NCBI GenBank assembly: GCA_012026655.1
Contig: JAAILG010000019.1
Coordinates: 62,001 to 126,000, forward strand
DNA from: Hydrolagus affinis
Taxonomy: Eukaryota
Reading direction: 5' to 3'
DNA: 64,000 nt
The notes under the pieces were generated by a model. It was not told the DNA's origin, made no database searches, and was given only the letters and a program-made list of their open reading frames with translations. How positions within the stretch are numbered: position 1 is the stretch's first letter; every line of letters begins with the position of its first letter. The position numbers and the translations under genes were made by a program. Shown here piece by piece: positions 50,271-63,330 of this stretch.

Positions 50271-51773
50271 AGTCTTCATAGTCTTCATAGAATTTAACAT
50301 ACCAGGTGAAATTGTGTTCTAGATCTCCTGAATCAGTACTGGTTCCACTATTCAAAATATACCCCTAAAATAAAATGTCTGGAGAATAAACTTGTGTAAA
50401 GAGCAATGAGCATCAATTGGAAAAATAGATAGACCTTTATATATTTTATTTATTTCACTCTTCTAAGACATTTAATTTGTTGCATACAATATAATTTTAG
50501 ATGTAAAACAGTGTCCTCTGAGATACTGTTGTTTTAATGCTAGGATTTAAGCTAGGATGGAAGATGATGGCCCTTCCACAAACTCTGCCTGAATTACCCC
50601 ACCCCTTTCCTGGAACCTAATTCAAAAAAGGAGGGGCATTCTGTTCCTGTTTGGTAAAAGCATAAATGTCTGTTTTTCTAATTGGAAATTGAACAGTGCT
50701 GTTTTTTCAATAATTGATGTGAAAGTTTACCCTTGACAGCAAGATATCTTTTCTGAGCTTTGGTCCGGGCACACATTCATTGGTCCCTGTTTGAGTGGAG
50801 TACTCTCTGTTTTTTTGCCCCAGAGGAAGATGAGCTTGCCTTGATCTTTTATTTCATTCTCTTATCCATGCATTTGGTGAGCTTCAGCACTGCTTGAGAG
50901 GCCCGGAAGTAAGATCTAAACACAACTCTCTTCAAGGAGGAGTGGGAGGATATCTATGCAACTGTATCTTGGATTACCCCTGGCGAATAACCGAAAATTG
51001 GCCAATTTAAAATAGTCCACTGGACAGACCTTACTTTAATAGTTTAAAATAGTCTCTTAGGATTGCTGAAGAAGACATGTGGATCATATCATCTGGTTAC
51101 GCACTAAGATCCAAAAGGTCTTGTGAGTCGATCACTATGATCAAAGGTCATATCAGTAACGTCTTGAACAACGAGTTAATGTTAAGTGACTTGGAGGAAT
51201 TGAGTGGTCTTCCCTTCACAAAACACATGATTGTTTTTCTTATCAACACACTCAGCGAGCTCCAGTTCTGCACAATTAGTCTGGAGAAAATAAGATATTT
51301 TTAGTTAAAGTAAAAAATGTTTTGATAAACTGATTGACCAGAATTGGTCCTACCTCCGCTTACCAGCAAATATCTTAATGTTTTACCTTACTTCAGACTA
51401 ACACACAATTATGCTTCACAGACCACATTCATCAACTTTTTTCCGTCACAAGTGAGTCTGACTAGCTTACTGTTATATGTTGGAATGTTGGATTATCATT
51501 TCTTCACCGCCACCACAAATAATTGCCCCACAAAATGGTATCATGGAATGGTCCTTACTTCTCATACTGCTGATTAGAATTTTCTGCTGCATATTAACAT
51601 TACAATAGCAATACTGGCAATATGACAGTTATCCCCTACATTTAAATTTCTGAAGCATTGAGTGCAGTTACATCCTGACATAGTTAGTGCTAATAGCGAC
51701 ATTTGAAAAGGGCAGATATGAGATGGAACACATAATTTGTAGGATTTTAAAAAAATTCTCCCAAATTATGCTC

Positions 51774-51912
51774 CAACAAAAATGCAAAATACTGCAGATG
51801 CTGGAAGTCTGAAACAAAAGCAGAAATCGTTGGGAACACTCAGCAGGTCAGGTAGCATCTATGGAGAAAGGAAAGTTAGTCAATGTTTCGGGTCCATGAC
51901 CCTTCGTAAGAA
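51774..51912 (-). mobile_element. Penelope-type short retroelement, monomer with degenerate hammerhead
   Basis: Same unit as 33806; tatgctc at both 51767-51773 and 51913-51919; minus-strand core reads CTTACGA...GAAACATT. Confidence 0.82.
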
Positions 51913-52242
51913 TATGCTCTTTTGGCCTGAATAAGTAGATTTCTGTTATAATTGTTATAAGTTATCTAGAGTTTTTATATTTAAAAAAACTGTAAGCAAA
52001 TACTAGTTGTATTTAAAAATAGAGGCCACTTGGAAAAACATGCAAGAGAAACTGAACATCTGAATTGGGAATATCCATATTGTCCCAAACGTCTTATGGA
52101 ATTTAGCAGAGTAGGATACAAAACAAATGAATAATTTAGAACAGAGTGTTTGTTCACTCTCAGTAGGATGTAATCCCTCTTATTTCAAATGGTAACTTGA
52201 AATATAAATATCAGTGCATTAATATTATTTAGGTTGAACGTA

Positions 52243-52290
52243 CTTCCGATGTGAAAGGCGCTCTATAGATGTAATTTTGTTTGTTGTTTG
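52243..52290 (+). mobile_element. L2 extreme 3' tip
   Basis: ccgatgtgaaaggcgctctatagatgtaattttgtttgttg. Confidence 0.75.
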
Positions 52291-52734
52291 TGTGTTAGGT
52301 TACAGATTGGTGGAAACAAAATAGAGAACATTCCCAAAGAATGTCCTGTGAAAATTGTTGTCTGTATTATTCAATGGACATTTTTAATTGCCAACTAATT
52401 GAACCAACTTGATCTAACATATGAAGAAGCATCCTAGCTAATTGCCTCTATTTAAAAAAGCTGTTAACATTATTATTTGAATTAATGCAATGTAAAATAA
52501 CAGCTGCTAACCATCAACTGCTAACTGCTGCATTTAGCCAGACCCTTACTGATTATGTGGTTCATCAAAATAGTTAAACTGGTTGGAGTTAGAAAATTCA
52601 GCCTCAGATGAGGCAGCAGCTCAATCTGAAGTTCATTGCCATTATGCTGATCTAATGCAAAAATACTTTCTTTCCGTGCTATACTTTCTACTCTTCCAGA
52701 AGTATTGCATAATAATAAATGATAATGATTGCAG

Positions 52735-52945
52735 ATACCTGATCTGTGCTGAGCAAGCTGGGGACTGATGGGGTTACAATTGGCCTATTGGTCTAAAGTG
52801 GGAAAAAATCAGTCAGTGCTTCTGTTCGTGATTATTATCTGATGGCCACTGATGTAAAGTGAACACAGCTGTGGATATAAAGGTGAGAGGAGTTTTGGCC
52901 TCAGCTGATACGTTCTCCATGGTTGAACAGTTGTCTACAAGTCCA
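52735..52945 (+). mobile_element. Old unassigned SINE-like repeat
   Basis: cctgatctgtgctgag...tacaattggcct...aaaaatcagtcag...gtggat...ggcctcagctg. Confidence 0.45.
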
Positions 52946-53037
52946 ACATGAGCTGCAACTTCCTTTAGCTGAACATTAACAAAACTGAAGCCATCTCATT
53001 GTTTCTCAACAATCTGTCTCTGACAAACAAAACCATA

Positions 53038-54528
53038 GGATTTTCAGAAAACATTTGACAAAATGCCACATAAAAGGCTGTTATATAAGATTACTGCCCA
53101 TGGAAGTAAAGGTAATATAGCATGGATTGGAGAGTGGCTATCAGGGAGGAAACAGAGAGTAGGGATAAACGGGTCCTTCTCAGATTGGCAGGATGTGACT
53201 AGTAGAGTGCCACTAGGATCAGTGCTTGGGCCTCAACTATTTACAGTCTATATTAATGATTTAGATGAGTAAATAGAGTTTAACATATCTAAATTTGTGG
53301 ATGATGCAAAGCTAGGTGGGAGAGTAAGCTGTGAGGATGACACAAGAAGAATTAAAAGGGATATAGACAGGCTAGGTAAGTGGGCAAGTAGGTGGCAGAT
53401 GGAGTATAAGTGTGAAGGGGAAGTGTGAAGTTATTCACTTAGGTAGTAAAAATAGAAAAGCTGATTATTTTCTAGAGGGGGAGAGACTAGGTAGTGTTTA
53501 TGTTCAGAGGGATTTGGGTGTCCTTGTGCACTAGTCACAAAAAGATAGTATGCAGATGCAACAAACAACAAAATTACATTTATAGAGCAACTCGGAAGAC
53601 TAATGGCATGTTGTGGTTCATTGCAAAAGGGTTAGAGTACAAGAGTAATGAAATCTTGTTGCAACTGCGTAGGGCCTTGGTGAGACCACACCTAGAATAT
53701 TGTGCCAGTTTTGGTCTCCTTATTTAAGAAAGGACATACTCACCTTAGAGGGCTGCAACATAGATTGGTAGGTTGGTTCCTGGAATGAGGGGGTTGACTC
53801 ATGAGGATAGGTTGAGAAAACTAGGTCTATATTCTCTAAAATGTAGAAGAATTAGAGGTGATCTTATTGAAACCTATAAGATTCTTAAGGGGCTTGACAG
53901 AGTAGACAGTGTGAGACTGTTTCTCCTGGTTGGAGAATCTAAAACTACGGGTCACAGTCTCAAAATTAAGGGTCAGCCTTTTTGAACAGAGTTGAGGAAA
54001 CATTTCTTCACTCAGAGGATGAATTTATGGAATTCTGTACCCCAGAAGGTTGTGGATACTCAATCCTTGAACATATTCAAGACTAAGATTGATTGTGGAG
54101 TTCTGTAACTCAGTGGGTAGAGCACACGCCTTGCAAGCAAGGGATGTGGGTTTGATTCCTGACAGGGTGAATCCTTGGATAAGTTTCCTTACTCCACGTG
54201 CCTTATAATAATCCCTCAAAAAAAAAATTGGTCATTTCAATCCACAACTGTTTGTGGGACACTGCTATGCGTGATTGGCTGCTGCGTTTCACCTACAAAT
54301 ATAGTCAATTCACTGTACAGTATATTCTGTGAAGCGCTTTGAGATGTCTAGAAGACGTGAAAAATGCTATATCAAATGCAAGGATTATTATAGATTTCTA
54401 AAGTATAGAGGGATTAAAGGATATGGGGATAGGGCAGGTAAATGGAATCAAATTAGAAGATCAGCCATGATCTTATTAAATGGCTCGAAGGGTCGAAAGG
54501 CCTATTTCTGCTATTATGTTCTTATGTA
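53038..54528 (+). mobile_element. CR1 LINE, 5'-truncated, ~1.2 kb plus nested inserts
   Basis: [68 protein letters not shown]; CR1 3' UTR; stops and frameshifts. Confidence 0.93.
54097..54389 (+). mobile_element. Apparently full-length young tRNA-Ala-derived SINE (~293 bp) nested in the CR1
   Basis: tRNA head, Deu-like ctgtttgtgggacactgct...ttggctgctgcgtttc, L2-like tail and (ATT)n; CR1 reads gattgat|...|agattt across it. Confidence 0.9.
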
Positions 54529-54787
54529 ACTTTGACAGTGTGGTTGACCTCAGCTTCAAATGCTTTCTTCCAACTTTTGAACTTTGGCCACTTACTTCTG
54601 CAGTTGAAACCCCATCCATGCACCCATTTAAAACCTCAAGGTTAGACAAATCAGTAAGCTCCTGTTTGACCTCTCCAGCTAAACAATCCTCAACTATTCA
54701 TTCACGACAATCACCCTACTAAACCATTTGTAGAAATATACTGTACTCATCATAAGAGTACTAATATTGCCCCTCCTTTCTCTGCCC

Positions 54788-55005
54788 ATCCCTCAAAAAG
54801 AAGTGTACAGAATAATGTACTTTTTAAAAACAATAGTAAATTGGTCACTTCAATCCACGACTGTTTGAACACTGTTGTGCTCAATTGCCTGTTGAGTTTC
54901 GCCCACAAATGTATAGTTAATTCATTTTACAGCATATTCTGTGAAGTGCCTTGAGACTTCTAGAAGACCTGAAAAGTGCTATATCAAATGCAAGGATTAT
55001 TATTC
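54788..55005 (+). mobile_element. Young SINE, 3' two-thirds
   Basis: atccctcaaaaa...aaattggtcacttcaatccac...tatcaaatgcaaggattattatt. Confidence 0.85.
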
Positions 55006-55221
55006 ATTATAACTAACTGAAACTGTAGCACCTATCCTCTCCTGCACTAGACTTTGCATACCTGTCACCCCACCACCCCCCCCCGCCCCCTCCCCACCAC
55101 CCCTGGTCTCCGCTGGCTCCTGGGCATTCCAGTGACATTAAAATCCTTATAGATTAGAGAAGCACAGAGTTTGCTAGACAGTGCTACATGGCAAGGTACA
55201 CCATTTTAGCTGGTTAAACTT

Positions 55222-55920
55222 AACAACACAAAATTACATTGTATAGCGCCTTTCACATCAGGAGGAAGGACGTCCCAAGGCACTGGACAGTCAGTGTTTC
55301 AAACCTGAGCAGGGGTCACAATCGGGGAGGGTGGAGGGAAGTGAGAGGAAGGGGGTGGGGTTACCGAAGGCACGGTCGAAGAAGAGAAGTGGGACTTGAA
55401 GGAGACTATGGAGGTGCCGATGTGGAGGGATTGCAAGATGGAATTCTAATCGTTGGGGATAGAATGGCTGAAGCCTCACCACCAATGGTGGGGTGAGTGG
55501 GTTGGGGAATATGGAACAGGCCAGAGCCCATTGAGTGAAGGAAGCGATCAGGTTGGTAGGAGGTTAGGAGGTCACAGATGTCAGGTCGGGAAAGGCCATG
55601 GAGAGCTTTAAAGGTGAGGACCAGGATCTTGAATTGAATCCTCTGCATCATGGGAAGCCAGTGGAGTCGGGTGAAAATGGGGGTGATAGGGTAATGGAGT
55701 CTGGTGCAGGAGAGGACACTGGCTGCAGAGTTCTGGATGATCTGCAGCCTATGGAGGGAAAAATTGTGTAGGCCAACAAGCAAGGCAGTGGCATAGTTAA
55801 GCCTAAACTTGATGAAGGCATGAATGAGAGTTTCACTTGCCTCAGCAGGTAAGGTAGCGGTGGAGTCGAACAATGTTGTGGAGGTGAGGGAAGGCAGAGT
55901 GGGTCATGGCATGGATATTC
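55222..55920 (-). mobile_element. L2-clade LINE 3' fragment
   Basis: ORF 55406-55873: ETLIHAFI..RLNY..LHRLQIIQNSAA..PITP..LHWLP..RIQFKILVLTFKALHG; (CAA) tail. Confidence 0.92.
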
Positions 55921-58900
55921 AAATATTGGATTAATACTAATTAATAATTAGAGAGGTAGGGATGGCGTCGAGGGAGCACGTAGTGGACTTCATTTTGGAG
56001 TTGATGGATGTGAGGGAGGAGGGAGAGATAGAATTTGAAAGTGTATAGGGGAGATGGGTGGGGGAGTTTCACTGTAATTTATTTCAGCTATGACCCCTTC
56101 TCAAGCTTCAATTTTCATGTGGTAAATAAGCACAGTTCATATCCCTTTTCTCGACTAATAATTTCTCTGTACACATCTGTGAATATTAGATATTTCCTTA
56201 TTAATCCCACATAGGCAACCATCGTTACCTATAACAGGAAAAAAGTTGCATTTGAAATAAAACCTGCAACTTCAGTGTTGTGAGTCATATAAATATTCAA
56301 GGTGCTTAGCCCTCTTGTTATTATTGCTTTGTGCAGTCTCCCATTGTTTGTGTGTATGTAGAGAAAATAGGCTTTCTGTTCATTGTTTATTAAGGCTATC
56401 AAGATTTGTGTCCGCATGTTTGCTCTGGAGGGGACAGATTGTGCCACAGCTAGGGGTATGTCTCAGATCGATCCTCGGTTTAACGTCCTATCTACAGGAA
56501 AGAAACTATGAATGAAGCATTCCTCCAAGTATCAGATAATAAACTGAAAATCAGACAATATGTAAAAAGATGCCTGAAGCTTGTATATGTGTTCGATTTG
56601 AGAAGAAGCATTGTCTGGTGGTTGCTTTTTTCTTGTAGACAATTGGCAGGTTGTTCATTGTTTCTAATTGATGATGAGATTGATTATCTGGTTCTATTAA
56701 ATGGCATTACTAATGTTCTTTTTTTTTAAAAAAAGGCTGCTTGCTTGAATTCCTGCCGGGTTAAATTGCTCAGCATTATTTTCAATTCAAGGTCAACTTG
56801 GAAAGCAACAACTTTTCTGCACAGTGAGCTAACAGATTAACTTAGAATCTGAAATATTCCAGATACGTTTTGCATAAGGGTAACTCAGAGATTTGTTTTA
56901 AATGTTAAGATGGTAATTATCGATGCATCACTAATAATTATTCATACCTTGTTTTGTATGTGAGATGGGAGGGGAATGGGAGAGCATATTTCCAAGTAGT
57001 GTATCAATCATATTTTGCTGTTTTGTTAACTGTTTTCTACAGATCTAGATTATCATTATTTGAAAATTACAGTGATCATTTTTAACAGATTAATGGTTGT
57101 TGTGATTTGGTGCTTTCTGTTCCTGAATGGCAAGAATTATGGTGCTGCTGACAGAAGTGCTGTTCTTGTTTGTTCCTAGATTGACAGCATGCATGAACAG
57201 TTTCTCTATTAAGATTCCTAATGGACAACACTTATAAATTTACCCCTAAACAGTTTTCATTGCTATTTCAATCAATGAGGATATTAAACATCATAAAACT
57301 ATGGTTTTTTTTAGAGTATTACCTTTTAGTTTGGTTGATATGGTAGCTATAAAAGTAAAATTTGAAGAATTGCGTGCTTAAAATTAGAAATGTTATAATA
57401 GCAAGCAAATACTTTGTTTGTGTCAGTTGCATCTTACTCTGAGTCCTGTACTGGTGATGTAAACTCACTATAGTTTGATTCAGCAATATTAGGTGGAAAG
57501 TAAACAGTTGCACAAACCTGCAAATAAAATATAGATATATCACGTAACAACAGAGTCCTGTCCTACCCCTACATATGCACATTTTCTTGTAATGATCACA
57601 GGATAGCTTTCAGGAGTGTGAGCCTTAGTTGCTTTATTAGTTTCCCACTTCTTATCCTAGTCCTTGTGAACAATTGTAGTTCCCCCCCCACCCCGCACCG
57701 CCTCCACCACCATTGCTGTCCTGACTGAGATCAGTTAAATCTGGAGCAAGACCAGGCATTGAAATTGGGATTGTCCTGGTCTATATATCATTCTTATGAA
57801 ACAAAGACATTCAGAAACAACCAGCAATGTATTTTGTCAATGAAAATTACTTATAAATTGTAATGGAGTATGTTATATCTTGAGATATTCAGAGTCTGTG
57901 AATTTGTAACCATACAAGTCCAAGTGTAACCATTATGAACTATGTTCATTTGTTTAATGTATTGTCACTACCTCACATTCACAAGTCAACTCCAAGTCAA
58001 ATGATTTATCCAAAGCTTTGTTGGCCACACAGTTAGAATGGTGCTATGCGATAAACATTGCATATTAATTTATGGTGTTGTATCTAATGCAGACATTGTA
58101 ATAGGGATTAAGTATCATGTGAATACTGAAGATGAAATTAGGTAGATCTGACCTTAATTGGATCTCCCATGTAACGTCAGTAAACGCTTGCATTTCAGCT
58201 TACACTGCACCACTCCAACATTCTTTAAAATTTCTCATAATGATTTGAAGGATATTGCTGAATCATTGCCAATCATTGCTTGTACCAAATTGAGGATGAG
58301 TGTGTCCTGTGGAATCATATTTCCTACAATGTGAATTAAAAGTACTCAAGATCATGTAGTTTTGCCTGCCTTCCAACCCTGTCATAATTTTTAATTTGTG
58401 TCTTTTAGTATTTGAACCTATTGTTGTTTGCACTGGCCTCTTTCTTTGCTAAAAACAAGTATGTTTCTATGTGAATTACATAACTTTGTCGATGCCCCTC
58501 ATAATCTTGAAAGTATAACTGTACTCATCTTGTCGTCTGTTTTCTTAAGAGAACAACTCTGACCTTCCCCTCATAACTTAATTTTATACTTGGAATCATA
58601 TTTGTTGCTCACCTTTGTACTTTCATCTCGTTCTTGTATAACAGCAGGAAGAATGCTGATATTGTATGTAACTTGTGGAGTCAGAGGTGGTTGTTGTTTT
58701 AAGTAAATTCTAATTTATTGAGTTGTGAAAGTAGCACAGAAATCCATCAGTGGTCACATCAATCACTCCCTCCCTGTTTAGGGGACATTTACACCAAAGG
58801 AGCCTTGGTATCCAGGTTATGCCCATTTTAATATATATTTACAAAGAATACAAGTATTGTATGGAGCTTGCCTGGTGTTAGAGTTCCTAGAAAATCTTAG

Positions 58901-58959
58901 TACAGTATTCAGGCAACCATTTCTGTTATCTGTTACCTCTGGGATCCCTTGTTTGAGAA

Positions 58960-60030
58960 GACCAAGAGGCAGAGAAGTAAAAGTGGGGAAAGCATTAAAT
59001 CAAATAAAATCACTTATCCAATACTAGGAGTATTACTAACAAAATGTAAATCTCAAAGCCATTTAGAGGCTTATGATTGAAGCCAATACAGAGCTTTCAT
59101 TGTAGCACAGACAAGAATAGAACACTTCAAGTTATAGCGTTTTTAGAATAGATTTCAAAAATAGGGAAGAGGGAGGTAGTTGTATTAATGCTGACACCAT
59201 CATGACACTAAAACAAAAACATGTACATTTATTTTTAGTTTATTTATTAAACAGGTTCAATAAGCTGGTGGAGTCATGGTAAGTGCACCAGGGAAGAACA
59301 GAAAATGGAATATTCTTTAGACTCTGATGCCTTAACGGGGCAATGTGTATACTGTATATGCAGTTCAGGCAGTAGGGTCATAATGGGATATTTTAGCTTG
59401 CATATAGATTGTGGGAGCAATATGGTACAATTAGAAAATGAATTAAGCTTATTGAATGCGTTCAGGGTAGTTTTCCAAAATAACATGCCTTAAAATCACC
59501 AATAGAGCAGGCAATACCCAATTTAGTTATGAATAATGAATCAGAAATAGTTAGCATTCTGGTGGTAAGAGAACATTTTGGGAATAGACTATAATATAAT
59601 TGAATTTAGCACCAGCCTTAAGGAGAGAAAAGGTCACAAACCAAAGTTTTGAACTTAAGCAAGGCCAATTCTGAAGTGACGTGTATCAGTCACCAGGTCC
59701 AGGTAGTTTCTTCCAGAGGGCATTGAAATATACTGGTGAAGATATTGAGAAAGCGTTGTTACAATCTTCAAAAACTGCTTGGTTTGAGGATTGTAAGATA
59801 GCAAACAGTACACTTTTTATGAAAGAGAACTAAACAAACCAAGTAATTATAGGCCATTGAAATGGTGCAAGATAAAGCAGAAAATATGAACCGTGTTTTG
59901 TGAAAATTAAATAGTTAACAGAACCATTGGGATAGAAGACAATCAATGGACGTCATCCTGGTTGTATTTCAGAAGTCATTTTGATAAGATCTGGATAAAC
60001 GTTCACCAACTAAAATGAAAGCACTTGGAA
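58960..60030 (+). mobile_element. Highly degraded CR1 (endonuclease to RT remnants)
   Basis: Motif remnants FR.D..GRGG, VIMGYFS..IDC (for VIMGDFN..IDW), EHFG, NYRP and FQKSF. Confidence 0.6.
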
Positions 60031-62444
60031 GAGGCTCATTCAAGTGATTAATATATATCAAAACCCAGCAAGAATCCCAAGATGGACCTGTGAAGTATTT
60101 TGTTCATAACCTATTTCCAGGCAGAAATATTCCTTTTTATCACTACTTTCAGTTTCTTGGTTTTAGGCTCATTGCATATCCTGTTTCATGCTTTATGCAA
60201 TTCTTCTCACCTTACCTTAATCATTCACGTGAAACCTAGTTAAACCCTTTCTGTAAAATCCAAAATATCTTTTGACTGTATTACACCTGTTCAACATTTT
60301 AATAATGTATTTGAAATGCATCAGCAGGTTACTTAAGCATGACCTCCCTTGCTGAATCAAACCCGCCAACCTTTGTATATGATCACCTTTTTAAACTTGA
60401 TAATAACTTGAACTGTCTTTATATTTGCATGTCTGGTGCACTTGTGTATCATTGTATGCTATACTGGCCTGTTATTGATAAGTCTTCATGTATAATGCAT
60501 TTTCTCACTGGAATGGATAGAAATTGAAACCAGTTGTAAACGTTCATAGTGGTTGCGTTGAGAATCATTGACCTAAAATTAATTTGCATAGTTCTGCATA
60601 TAGCATTTGGCTTTTTAGATGATCTTACTGGATAGGGACAGCAGAAATGAAGTTGGAAGAAACTCTTTGTTTACTCTTGTGCACATTGCCTGGCAATCTG
60701 GACCTTATCACTTCTGACATTCTCCATTCCCACTCCTGCTATTAATCTTCACCCAACAACTCAGTGAGCTGTCTCTCTTTTTATGGTATATGACTGTATG
60801 CCTTAAGAGTAAATTAAACCCTTTCCAAACATATCCCAGTTGCTTTTCACCAATCTGCTTCCTCTGCTCTCGTATTGCTTAGTGAAATGTCAGTCAGCTC
60901 TCTCCATAAATATATTAAAATTCTGGAGCTGACTGAAATCTTGATCAAGGAAACTCATTCTTTCCTTACATCCTATAACACATTCCATTAAGTTCCTTAC
61001 CCAAATTCCCATTTCCATATCTAGCCTTCTAGGAACTCTAGCAATTCTGCCTTTACCATTCCATTACTCTCTCCTTCAGAATTCTCATTATCTTTTCTGG
61101 CTTTTTGTAACCCTCTTGTCTGTTCTCACTCAGCCTATGCAACTTCTGCAATTTCTTTTTCTGTTTCCTCGCCCACAACATAAGCTTACTAACCCTTGTG
61201 CTCGCTATCATGTGCAACCTTTCCTTCCTCCTTTTACTCCTGAGAAAAGCTACCACTTGATTATTTGTCAGGCTGTAGCCCTCCATTCACCTTGACATTG
61301 GCCTCTCAGTCATTCTTCTTCAAATAGCTTTACCTCCATCAAATCTCAAATGGTCTATCTTGTGCATTAAGCACTGCCATGGATTACATGCCAACGGCTG
61401 TTGGCTTCACTATCTCAAGAAATATTGCCTCTGTCTCTCTGATGCCAAATTTTCCCATTACTTCGATATCATTCAAGAAGATGAGGAGAATTCCTATGTA
61501 GAGTGCATGAAAAGCATCCCAGCCAAAACTGTTCAATCAGGTGAGAGCGTATATTCATGAATTTACGGCAGTTAGTTATCTTCAAGGTAGTATACTGAGA
61601 CTTGGGTCTTCATTTAGCTATCAAAATTAAAGTTGAAGAAATTTGAACAGGAAGATAATTTGTCTTATTTGTAGAGAAAGAAAAACTAATGTGTCAAATG
61701 TTGGCAGGTGTATATTAATGTACCTTCTGTGTCTGGAAAAAATATTAGTGAGTTATTTTTTCTGTGAGAGTTTATTGCAGTACAGTGTAAAAATTAGATC
61801 CTGTGTTTGCACTATTTTAAATATTTACTGACAAAGATCAAAGGTATACATGTTGAAACCGATTAATATTTGTTGTTCATTGCCACTTTATGTTCATTTG
61901 TCTCCAGCAAGTAGCAAGCAAAGGTGCTAAAGAACCATTCCCTTTTCACTACTTTATCCATAAGTGGTGAGAAATGAAGGTCATATGAGATAGTACTCGT
62001 TTTATGGTTGTGCAGTGGGATTACTCGGATGATGTCTATGATGTAAAATAAAACCTGGATTGATAGGTATGGAGCAGTCCTCTGGCTCCTGATAATTGTT
62101 CAGTATGCTGAGCAGGCTACACCTGGGTGTTGGAAATGCACTTTTTACTTGAGCAAAAATGAGCCTGGAATGTCACAGATTACTACATGTAAATGAATTA
62201 TTATTTAGGCAGCTGTAGATGGAGCTTGCTCATTCCTGAACCATGTTGGAACAAAAATTGAATGACAGTAAGCAAAATGATAGTAATTATAAAACTAATT
62301 ACAAAAGTCTGACGATGCCCACAGGTTTTGTAAAACTAAAATTAGTCAGGAAATTGCCTTAATTTCTTGCAAACTGCTGCTTACTCCCCCAGACAGTTTT
62401 GTTCTCTCTTTTTCTCTCTTACCTCACATCCCCACACCCCCCAT

Positions 62445-62665
62445 CCCCCATCATCACATTGCTTAAGAGTATCCAAACCAGACTGAGAGTTCCAAGCATC
62501 CCACCATGGAGATTCCAGAAATATTTATTGGAATGGAATGTGCACTTCTCCATGAAGGAATGCTTACCTAATTCTGATGAGTATTAGGCACAGGTTGGCA
62601 AGAGCCAAGGCTTGGGGACTCCCAGAGTGTGTGTTGGGGTACTCTTGGAGTATAACCTGTTACAA
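62445..62665 (+). mobile_element. Old dispersed repeat (RTE-like family), copy 4
   Basis: atccaaaccagactgagagttcca...ttggaatggaatg...gcttacctaattc...agtattagg...cccagagtg aligns to the reverse complement of 24467-24668. Confidence 0.65.
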
Positions 62666-62794
62666 CTGCTGTGGATCAAACTACATGTGTATTTATCTTT
62701 GAAACAGATAATGTTCCCCTGCAGGAACAGGTTGGGTCACTTAGATAATACCCCGATGTTATTAACATTATAATTACACATAATGATATACAAT

Positions 62795-63330
62795 GTACAG
62801 CACAGAAACCTTTTGGAATTTTAAAGACCTCTATTACGTCACCCCTCACTCTTCTCTTTTCAAGAGAAAAGAGTCCAAGCTTGTTCAGCCTTTCCTGATA
62901 GATATAATCTTGCATTTCTAGTATCATCTTTGTAAATCTCCTTTGCAGCTTCTTCAGTGCCTCTGTATCTTTTCTATAATATGGGGACCAGAACTATACA
63001 CACTACTCCATGTGTGGTCCAACAAAGGTTTGATATGTTTAGGATAACTTTCCTGCTTTTCATTTCTATCCATCGATTAGTTTCCTTTTTTTATGGCCTT
63101 CTTAACCTGTGTCATCTCTGTCCCCAGCTCGGGTCTGAAACAATGATTGTCCAGCGCCTTGGGACTTGTATTGCGCCTTTCTCCTGACGTGAAAGGCGCT
63201 ATACAAGTGTAATTTTATTATTGTTGTTGTGTCACTACTGTTAGCTATTTGTGTATCTGTACCCCTAGATGCCTTTGTTCTTCTACCCCATTTAATTTCT
63301 TAATTTCCATTATGTGACCTCCTTATTCCA
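62795..63330 (-). mobile_element. CR1 fragment interrupted by an L2 3' end (+, ~63115-63230)
   Basis: YQERLNKLGLFSLEKRRVRGDVIEVFKI; the insert ends gacgtgaaaggcgctatacaagtgtaattttattattgttgttg. Confidence 0.85.

Larger units (their letters stand above)
52950..55150 (+). mobile_element. Old L2 fragment (pieces ~52950-53037, ~54529-54720, ~55020-55150) hosting later insertions
   Basis: LNINKTEAI before the CR1; ttgacctcagcttc, acctcaaggttagac and ctccgctggctcc after it, following L2 ORF2 motif order. Confidence 0.55.
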
